From: Cladosporium halotolerans
Lineage: Eukaryota
Assembly: GCF_011745625.1 (NCBI RefSeq)
Contig: NW_027191458.1
Coordinates: 1-64,000, forward strand
Reading direction: 5' to 3'
DNA: 64,000 nt
The notes below the pieces were generated by a model. It ran no database searches. It saw only the letters and a list, made by a program, of their open reading frames with translations, and was not told where the DNA came from. The translations under genes and the position numbers were made by a program. Shown one piece after another: positions 1-9,815 of the stretch; position 1 is the stretch's first letter, and the number at the start of each line of letters is the position of its first letter.

Positions 1-61
1 CAAAGTCGATGTAAGCGGAAGTTCTGTAACCTTTTACGGTTAGCGCCGCCTTAGGGTTAGT

Positions 62-134
62 AGGAGATCAGTGTTCTCCTCCGTTGCCTTTTGGCGAGGA
101 GATCAGTGTTCTCCTCCGTTGCCTTTTGGCGAGG
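62..134. repeat. Perfect 35-bp tandem duplication (AGGAGATCAGTGTTCTCCTCCGTTGCCTTTTGGCG x2)
   Basis: Copies at 62-96 and 97-131 followed by AGG; read directly. Confidence 0.95.
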
Positions 135-1300
135 TATAAGCCTTAGAACTATAATAAAACTAAGTCTTATTACTAATAGTTAGAGAACTATTCCTAAACT
201 ATTATTCTATTAATAATATTTTAAGAGGGTATAAGAACCTTAATCTTTTCTCTTCTAACTTTTTTTTTTATCTTATACTTTCTTCTTCTTTTTAAATCCT
301 AGTTTATTATTCTTATTACTCTCTTTTAAAAAATGGTTTTTACTAACTATTCTATTCTTATTAACTTTAATAAAGGAACTATAGATACTATAGACGCCCT
401 ATCGACTACCTATTCGAAGGATATCGCTTTTTCGCTAAATTTAAGGAACTTAAAAGAAGTTACTATTAATAATTATATTAAAGAATACTATTTAGGTAAG
501 TTAACTATTCTAACTATTATACTTACTATTATTAGAGAACCTTTTACTAATAGTTATTATAGAACGCTCTCTTAACTATAAGGATCTATCCTCTTACTTA
601 GAGGATATTAAACCTAAGGTTACTTCTAAGGAATATAAGGCCTTATATTTTTCGCTAGAAAAATTACTACTTTCGTAAGTATTCTATCTTTATTACCTTA
701 AAGAATATAATTAACTCTACTATAGATAAAAGCGGAGGCCTTAGGTTTTAACTATATTAAAGTAAAGATTAAATACTATCTTAAACTCTAAACCCTAAAA
801 TATAACTATAATTTATATTATATCTAATAATTATAATATAATTAGATTTTATATTAAGTAAACTTATTAGGATACTAATAGATATTATAATATCCTAAGG
901 GCTTACTAAGTAAACCTTAACTATAGTTATAAATTTAATAGTAATAGTTTCTATTACTTTATCTAATATTAACTTTTATACTTAATACTCTAAAATCTTT
1001 AAGGCTATAAGAATACTAATTAAAATAGTAACTTTAAGACCTAATTTTTTTTCTTATTTCTTAAGTCTACTATAATAAAGCCTTTTATTTTACTAAATTA
1101 AGGCTTTCTTTTAAGATCTCTTAAAGATTATTCTTATATTTACTATAATAATTATACTATTATTATAGCCCTTAAGATATTTCTATTATTACGATAATCT
1201 CTTTATATAATCTAAGTCTTATATTTAGTTAATAAGAAATCCTAGTTTTATTAGCGAAAAATAAAGCTAAATCCGATACCGGTATAACCTAAAGAATCCG

Positions 1301-1324
1301 CTAGTATAACCTAGGTTATACTAG
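1301..1324. repeat. Perfect 24-bp palindrome CTAGTATAACCTAGGTTATACTAG
   Basis: Self-complementary; related to the copy at 1626-1645 and the half-site at 1281-1290. Confidence 0.9.
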
Positions 1325-1625
1325 CTCCTATAGGCCTAAGACTCTCTAACCCTAAGAAACTTACTTTTAAGACTATTAATAATTTTATTATACTAATATT
1401 CTATATATATACTCTCTATTCTACTCTTAGAATACTAAAGAGAAGGAGTTAACCTAGGTTTATAATAAAGTTAAAGTTAAAAAAATAATTATCTCCTTTA
1501 GTACTAGTCCGATTATTATAAAAATTATATATTATATTCTTTACGCTATTTTCTATACTATAGGAGAACCCTTACCCTAAGAATCCCGGTTTTACCGGCG
1601 GAAAAACGAACCTAAACCCGACGCC

Positions 1626-1645
1626 GGTATAACCTAGGTTATACC
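1626..1645. repeat. Perfect 20-bp palindrome GGTATAACCTAGGTTATACC at the edge of the AT-rich block
   Basis: Self-complementary, about 6 bp inside the composition boundary. Confidence 0.9.
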
Positions 1646-1963
1646 ACCCTAGATACCGTTAGGGTTCGCGCCACCGCGCAAGCTGCGCCCTTGTCGTCTT
1701 ATTGAGCGCATCACATCTATATATCCTTCGCGCGCAGCGTCTAGAGAGAAGAAGAGAACACGCCTATAGCACTGCGCTCGTCCTCGGCTCATGTGTGCGC
1801 GCACGAACTCTTGTACGTGCGCGGTCAAATTGGCGGACGTGTAAGGTGATAAAGGCTGAAAAGAGCGAAACAGCGAAAAAAAGAGGAGGGTGGCCGTTAT
1901 GGACATATTAAGGTGTGCAAATAGGGACATCGGGACGCTGCTCAGATTGATGACGGAGGGCAC

Positions 1964-3589
1964 TTGGGATGCGGAGCAGATGGAATGCTGACCGACGAGA
2001 TAGTCTTGCTGCCGTCTAGTGGGTACGTCCATAGCGACGAAGAACGGGATGCAAGTGCACGCGCGCGTGCGCTTGAATCTGGTGAAGGAACATGCAAAAC
2101 TGGTACATGCAGTACCACTGCACCGGCAAGTCTCTTTTCGGCTCTGCAGAAGGCGTGACCGCAGATCGCGTCAGAGGTGATCCCCAGCAGTCCGACACTG
2201 ACGACCACTGCCTCGAATGCTGAGCGAAGCAAATCTACTCATAGCGGACAGCAATGGCATATCTAGCATGCCCCTGGGACGCGCCGAACTGCACGGTAGC
2301 ATCATGCTCGCGCACTAACGGCACCGCGAGCACCTCACATGCCGCCAATTTCCGCCTTCTTTCTTCATCCGGCCGACCTCTGCTTTCGGCAACATAATCT
2401 GATGCAACCGGGCACGACACAGACGGACCACTCGGTCTGGACAAGGCCACCCACTGCATCTGAACCATCCGGGCGAGACGCAACGCCTCCGTTGGTACCA
2501 GCTTCAATGTTTCTCCGTACCCCAGCCAGCACTCATTTCAAATCCAAGTGGCCGCGCCTGGCGGCTAGCCTGCACCCACCGCCCACGGCCGTGTCTATGA
2601 ATCAACGCCACTGCGCAGCAGGATCACAAGTCGCGCAGAAAAGTCCGCTCGCAGGCCGCCCGTGCGAGCGTTGCCATCCGCCGCGCAACAATGCTGAAGA
2701 AGCGCCAGAAAGAATAAGGCGCCCGGCAGTCATGTCTTCGATGTCTCCGGTGTCCGTTCTAGCACCAGCGACCACGCCTCCCATGCACTCGTTCAAGCTG
2801 CTCCGCGCGAGAAAGCGCGTCAGCACGGTTCTCCCGACCGCCAGCCGCCGGCTCGCCTCCCTCAGATGATGCAGATTTCGATGTAGGGTAGCTCGACTCT
2901 ATCAGGGCGGATATGGCTTGCCCACGCTCCTGTCCGGCCCATGCTATGGGATGCGTTTTCGCCAGTTCCCCACTCTTCCACGTTGACCTCTTCGTTGCCG
3001 GTACCCACAGCAACACCTGTGGTTTTCCGGCGACAGGATCTAGCGCACATGGGCGCTGGCGCCATCATTCTCCGGGCTGCATCCCTCTTTACACCGTTCA
3101 GCAGAAGATCTCGCCGACTGATGCCGAGCCAATGACTCCGATCAGTAATCTGCTCTTAACTGACTGGTGAGCGTAGATATGAATACCAAGAGTCCTACAA
3201 CCCAGGCGAATATTGACACAGCCGAAGGCGTGCAGGAATCATGCATTCTTTCTCTCTGCGACGGCGAATCCGTCGATTTCACTCGCCCCGGCAATGGCAG
3301 AATGATTCCAGCGGATCTCAAATCCACGGAAGCAACATCTCTGACTGTTAGTAGCACAGATTCTGGCGATGTTACGGGTCTATTCACCAAGCAGGCCTCG
3401 CTGTTCCTAGACGACTTCCGTTACGCATTCAACCCGGACCTGCGCACCTCGACTTACTCTACCACGGCCTGTGCTACGCCCACGGCTCTTCAGCCTTCCC
3501 TTTCGATCCCGAAGGCTTCTTCTGCGGCCTCGGATTAAGGGAAAGAGCCTAGGGGATGGATAGAATGGGAGGAAATCTGGGGCTGTTGA
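1964..3589 (+). pseudogene. Probable degenerate Ser/Pro/Thr-rich gene
   Basis: ORFs 1964-2158, 2339-2869 and 3167-3538 share one frame, with stops at TGA 2156, TAG 2264, TAG 2297 and TAA 3536. No recognisable domain. Confidence 0.35.
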
Positions 3590-3815
3590 AAGGCATGCGA
3601 CTCGTAAGACCTGAGTAAGGCATCATTGAGCGAGTACGCTTCGGCAGTTTGAGGCTGAGTTTAACGATTCAGCTTGCCAATAAACGCGATCAACGTTCCA
3701 TCAGCATGGACGTGAAGGAAAAGCTCAGTTTCCACCGCGATTTGCATTTAGTGGAACGTAGGATTGGTATTTTAATGAAACCGCTGACAGAGCCTCGAAT
3801 TGAACGGCCGATTTG

Positions 3816-4618
3816 CTAAGGTTTCCAGTCGGGATCATCCTCGCCCGTGAGATCAGGCCGTACTGCTCTCCCCTCTAACCAGTCTTTGCATTTCCCGTAC
3901 AGAACGTCTTTCTCAGGGCCATGGCTGTTCAGGTTCATCTTCGGTGGAGTGCTGATCTTATTTTCGGCCCACGCCAGATAGCGATAGCCGGTCGGATATT
4001 TGTTGACTTCGTCCTCCGGGATGTCAAACGTTCTCGCTGGATTCACAGGAACGAACTTGTCCTTGTCGAAGAGCAGAGTGTAAAACACAACACCCCATCT
4101 GCCGCTACGCTTTTCCAGCAAAAAGAAGAAGCGGCAGTCGGCCTCGTTGTCCATCTCGATCCCGTCAAAAGTGAAGCGGCAGGTAATCGTGATCTTCTGC
4201 TTGCAGACCGCCCGGGTCATGGCGGGATCAATCTCGACTGAAGCGCCAATGATACGGTGGAGGATGTACATGAACGACGAGCCTTTGGCGAATCCCTCCT
4301 TGCTCGCCTCAATGAACTCGTAAATTCCTCCTTGCTTCCAAGAGGTGGCGATGTACGCATCGTCGAAGAACATGGAGCGGTAGTTCTGCCACCTGTAACG
4401 GGTCAGATCTAGAGAATGGCTGAGGCGCAGTGTTCATACTCTGCAGCGTCGCGGTAAGTACCCCAACCTTCACATATTTCCCGGATCTTGAATCGTTCCA
4501 GGGCTTCTTTGTCTGGGTCATTCCCTTTGGCGTTGTTGCGAAGAGCTTCCGAAGGGTATGTGCTTTGTTCTGGACTTGCAGTATGGTAAGGATCTAGGTC
4601 TTTGGGATCGAAAGGCAT
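3816..4618 (-). CDS. SnoaL/NTF2-like fold protein, PEP2 (pea pathogenicity protein 2)-like
   Basis: Exons 4618-4440 and 4392-3816 (GTATGA...CTGAC...CAG intron); reads ERFKIREICEGWGTYRDAAEWQNYRSMF...CRFFFLLEK...YPTGYRYLAW. Confidence 0.75.
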
Positions 4619-6294
4619 CTTGCAATGGCAATGTGTCACAAGTTTCACTTCAAGAGACCTTGTATTAAATCGCACTAGCAATTAGCAATGCGTGGGTAGA
4701 ATAAGAATGCAAGCCTGGACTTAAATAAGACAAGCATTTTGAAAGCTCAAAGGGCAACACTCGTTGCCGAAAGCACTCGGAAACGTACGGCTGACACACC
4801 ATGACAATATCAGGTTGACGATTTCGGCAATTGTTGTGTCCCAGACACGCTAGAGTCTATCTTCGATGACGCGACGTTGGACGCTGGATATTGACGAAAG
4901 CATGACGCATGCCGGGAGTCCAAGTTCACATACAACAGCGCTGGCTAGGTATGCACTGAACGTCTCTGGGTCAAGAGGAAGAACTCAGTCTCATAGAGAA
5001 GTAGTCTATGATAGAGAGCAAGTTAGGCCAACAGCTAATGGGCTGTGCAGTCGGGCATTATGATGGTGGAAGAGGTGAGACGGCTTTACTCGTCGCGGCC
5101 TCCAAAGTAAATGGCAGGGAGCTTCGTCGAATCGCCTGTATTGTAGCACTTACTGGCATATTCCAAGCAGCTTTCCAGTTCACCGGTTCAATTAGGCTTG
5201 CTCGCAATCAACGTTCCGTCCACAGCAAGCAAGGTGGAGATCGTACCAGATGGGATCACGGGCATGGTAGGGTCTGGTCTCCTTCGGCAAATGGGGCGTG
5301 TGGAACGTCTTCAAACTTGATAAACTGCAGTGCTGCTCTTGATCACCAGCGCCAATTTAACACTTGAGAAAAGCTACCTGCCTTGTCCGGCCTTGCAAGA
5401 CGCATCCACAGAGCGAAGGGTGGGCAGTATCTTGATGTAATCTGCCGGGATGGGAGAATTGAAGCATGACTATATTGGCACGTCGATGGTCCTAAGACGT
5501 CACCTTCAATATGGCGTGCACCAGGCTGGTCGTGGGCGTCGGTCGATGGTCCCATGATGTATAATCCGACTTAGTCCGGCATTCTGGAGTATAATTACGC
5601 GCACTTGGTAGATGCAAGTACTGTATCGATGGGAAATGATACTTTTGGCGAAGTTCTTACAGGAACTCGTCGCATTGCGTGTACTGGTATGATCCTCGCA
5701 CAAGCGGCAGTCACGGATGAGGTGGCACTGCAAGACGCCAGTAAGAATGGTCAAGCAGAATTTCCAGTGTTTTTGGACAGCCTGGACATAACAGGTCAAC
5801 GTGCCGATGCATCGGTTTACTTTCTTCCATTCATTGGTGGAGAGACAGGCAACAGATCTCGTGTACTCGGCGGAGAATGGATCCAGCCCAGAGGGAACCG
5901 TGGAATCACGTTGCGACAAACTGGCAACAGAGCAGGAGAGTTTTGTCGCATTGGCGCCTTCAAATTTGGACAGTGGCGGGACCCAGGTTACACACTGGCT
6001 CGCGACGAGTGTTCCAAATCACTACGGCTGTTCGAGTTGTCTGGACGAACCTTGGCTCAATCGCTTTGTGAAGAAGTCATTCAGGAAGGCGAGCAACGCG
6101 AGAGATTTCTCAGCAGCATAGTCTAAGGCAATGCGAATGGTTGCATGGACCACAACTTTGTGAACTTGCGTACGGTGTTCGTTCCAGCGAGGCCTGAGAA
6201 GGATAAAGTACAAAAGCCTATGAGAGCATTAATCTATTCCATGCCGTAATTCATTGTAGTATACAAAAGTACAGGGATATATCACCCGCCCAAA

Positions 6295-8872
6295 TCATCC
6301 CAGGACTCCAAGCTTCCTGGCATTTTGCACGTACGTTCGTGACGAGCGCTGCGGTAGCCATCCGCTGGGTTGGTGCGAATCCACAAAGTAGCCATCTTCT
6401 TGGTTCAACATGCTTGCTGTGAGAGGCTGAGGTTTCTTGGGAAACTCAAGCCCTCGAGATCTGAGGCTTTCCGGAGGCGTACACAGCTGTTGATCCGTCG
6501 CTTGCGAGGAACAGGCACCAGTGTCAGCGTAGGGATTTAGGAGATGATCCAGCATTTGAGCGGATGTTTGGTGCAGTTCTGTGTCCCCAGTGAAGGTATC
6601 AAGGAGGAGTTCGCGAAGTACAGGGTCAGCCGAAGGTCTTTTCCGGGAAGCTTGACTGCTGGCTGAACTGATTGACCCGGTCGGAGAAGTATGGCGAGGC
6701 GCTTGACGTAGTATCGATTGATGTGTAGAGAGAATCTCTTGGAATTTCCGGGCGACTGGGTCTAGTTCTGCACAGAAGGCAAGCACTTGGAGCACTTGAT
6801 CCGCCAGCTCGAGACTTTCGTTCGCCTCTTGCTGAAGATCACAAAGCCTTAGCCGGGAGCCATAATAGCACAGAATTATGCCTGAAACATAAGATTGGTA
6901 GCTGCAGGCCTCATCAGCATGCCATCCAGGTCTGAACTTGGAGCGCGAGAAGGCTCACATTGTTATCCAGCAGTGTCTCACACTTTGTGAAGCTTCTCTC
7001 ACCAAAAAGAGAATCCTTGCTGTGTGTTGTGCTGCGTTGATCCCATCGTGTAATGTGATTTCAAGACTCTCCTGCTGCTCCTCAGAGAGCTCTTCGCGAT
7101 CTCTCGGGTCCCGAAGCATCGCCAGACAGCGGCGGAATATCAGCATGGTGGCTCCCATGTGCAGCAGATGCGCATAGTAAATCGATGTCTTCAGTGGCAT
7201 GTACGATCCTGTACTCAATTGTTTGAGCTGAGCAGCATGCGGCAGACGCCCGTACCACGTCCGAAGGTTTTCTTCCAGTGGCTGGATCGAATCCAACAAG
7301 TCCGAAGCTGATCTGCAACCCCAGAGCACCCGCAAGGTTCTTGCTTTCAAGATTGCGACACTTGTCACGATGTCCTGGATGAAGTCTCGTTCATTCGGGG
7401 AGGGGGTGGTCTCAGCCTTCCTGGTTGTCAGCAAATGAGTTCCAAGTGAGGGATTAGGGCGGAAGGTCTCACGATTGATACGTTGTCCGAATGATCGATC
7501 GGAGAAAGAAATCCTAGAGTTGCTTGGAGCCATCTGTGACAAGCATCAGGTCAGCCGCTGAGGTACTCAGATAGGCAGACTATGGATGGCCTCGTTGGTG
7601 TAAACCCTCTCACTCACCCATTGCAAAAGGTCATCGACCTCCTTATCCGATTGACGTTTTGGACCTCTGTGGGGCTCACTGCAGATTCTTGATTCTTCCA
7701 TTGTTGCAGCAGCCGAGAGCTTAGGGAAAGCCCAAAGTCTGGATGTTGTCAGTGGTATTCGGAGGGGCATAATGCAAAACATCGCATACCGAAGTAGGCC
7801 AGTGAGACCGTGGACTTGTTCAGTAGGTTGTATAGCCCCAAGAGGGCGGAAACCTTGATCGCTTTCAAGGGAGAGGTCTGGATGCATTCGTCGAAATACA
7901 CTTTCGCAGAATCTTCCAAAGAAGAATTAGTAACACCGATTGCTAGATTGCTGCAACGGAATGAACATCGTTAGTCAACTTACCGTACCAGTAGTCTAAA
8001 AGATCTGCCTGAAGCAAGTCCCGCGCGTATTGCCCACACGTGGCAGCTATCGCGCACATTTCGCAGAGCGCATCGTCCTGAATTGGACGCTCTTGTGGTC
8101 GATCAAACTCAGCGAGAAGGCTTTCAAATTCTTCGGTGCTGTGGCATACGAAGATCTCGGAGATACAAGCCTGTTTGGTGAAGAATCCTGACCGGATTTT
8201 ACTACTGTTGGATTGAAGAGATAGTTGCAATCCACCCCATTGGCTCGATTCCAAGCCCGAAGTGGTGATGGCTTTCGTGTCTGATACTTTCCCACGATGG
8301 AGAACTGGATTCGTAGAAGAGTCGACCCTCGCCAGGCCAACATTGTGAAGACTAGCTCTTCCAATAGTTGCATCAGGGGCTGAAGAGGGTCTTTTTCGTC
8401 GGGTGCGCGAAGGAGAATGGCTCGTAGGCCCAGACGCATGGTCTGACTTTTCTTCCGTGCTGTCGTTCCGTCGAAGCGTGGTCTCAAAATCTTGCGGCGC
8501 GGCCGGACGTGGACTTGCTTCCTCCGTACTGCTAAGCAAACTTTCCACGGAATCGAAGTTCTCAATGAGTGCTTGTGCTTGCGAGGGACTCGAGTATTTG
8601 AGTTTCCACAAGAACTCGACCAGGCTGCCATTGGTCGTTCGGAGTCGCTCGTTCTCAGACCTCAAGGCACCTGTCCTGGTCTCACCTGGCTGGGTCGAAT
8701 AGACGCACTGCGTTCGCCGGTGCTTGCAAGACCCGCACTCGGGTCGCTCACCATCGCACTATGCCGTGTTACTACCCGCATAAGCTTCAAGGGGCACTGG
8801 TCAGCTTACCCGTATCTTCGAGCGCCGACACTGCCCACAGGCGGCAAGAACGAGGCGGCCCCGCTCAGGCAT
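6295..8872 (-). CDS. Zn(II)2Cys6 fungal transcription factor (multi-exon)
   Basis: Spliced N-terminus MPERGRLVLAACGQCRRSKIR/CDGERPECGSCKHRRTQCVY has all six Cys; coiled coil, then a middle homology region over several introns. One internal exon junction near 7480-7420 is uncertain. Confidence 0.85.
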
Positions 8873-9815
8873 CTTGCAATGAGGGCGCAGGCGTGAAGCT
8901 TTGCATCCGCTCGAGTGAGTGTGTCGCAGGAGGCTTCATTCAGGCTGTCGCCGCTTCGAGTGCGCGTGTCAGGAGATGTGCTGCTGATTCGGGTGGTGTT
9001 CCGGAGTTCACGCCGCAGGGCACGGGCAGAGCTGCCGATGCAATTTCGCACTTCTGCATGCACTCATAAATGGCGAAGGGGATGGCGAAGGGCCAAAGTG
9101 GCTTCTCACCAAAACGGTGCTCGTGCCAGACAGATGTAGCCGGCAGCTTCATCATTTCGGCATGCGAAGCGGGACGCGGCCAGCACGCGCGCTCGATTGG
9201 CTGCGGGCCCGCTGAGGCTTTGCTGATTGGCGCAGCGCCGCACGCCGGGCCCTCGGAGTCTGAGCCGCCGCCGCCGCCCCTCATGACTCCTGAGGCATCA
9301 AAGGGCCTCATCGATCGCTGCTCGCGCTGGGATCGAGAGATTGCGGTGGTTCCCTCCGAGCGTGTGGTACAGTACATGTACGTATCGGGGAGCACGCTGA
9401 GCCACACACGCAATGCGTAATGAGAGATCGAATGTGGCGAGCCGATTCTGGTAGGGAGTCCGTCGTCGCACGTGGCCATGTTGCTTGCCCGTGACGCAAA
9501 ACTTGTGCAAAAATCTCGATGACCACTTTCGATCGATGCTCGACTTCTCTGAAAACTGCCCATGCAACAACGAGGTTCGAGAACCTGTGTGCCTCCGTCG
9601 GCATTTCGAGCGCCAGATACCCGATTCCAATCTTCACGACAGCTTCGAGCCGTAACACCACGCCTAGTGGCAACACGCGGACGGCCGAGGTGGCGAGCGA
9701 GAGGAGCTTTCTGAGGTGGCGAAACTGACGCCAAAGGCAAGAGGCCAATGACTGTGTCCAGACGACAGAGTGATAAGAGCCATGTTATTCGGTCTTATGT
9801 AAGAAGCGTGAGCAT

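Larger units (their letters stand above)
135..1651. mobile_element. RIP-degraded AT-rich transposon relic (DNA transposon, possibly hAT-like, right end)
   Basis: Very AT-rich, TpA-enriched and almost free of CpA/TpG; abrupt return to about 50% GC near 1651; the end reads TAGGGTGGTATAACC on the minus strand with repeated palindromic subterminal motifs. No transposase motif could be read, so the family call is weak. Confidence 0.8.

Noticed and set aside
51..60. TTAGGGTTAG (and TTAGGGTT near 1659) as telomere or left TIR
   Set aside because: Under two units; matches the right terminus for only 6 bp and the flanks give no TSD.
62..134. CRISPR-like repeat
   Set aside because: Eukaryotic context, no spacer, only two adjacent copies.
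333..575. 80-aa ORF in the AT-rich block
   Set aside because: Its Ile/Asn/Tyr/Leu-rich composition is a by-product of RIP; no motif.
8940..9748. 266-aa and 146-aa minus-strand ORFs upstream of the Zn2Cys6 gene
   Set aside because: No domain or codon pattern; chance ORFs in a GC-rich promoter region.
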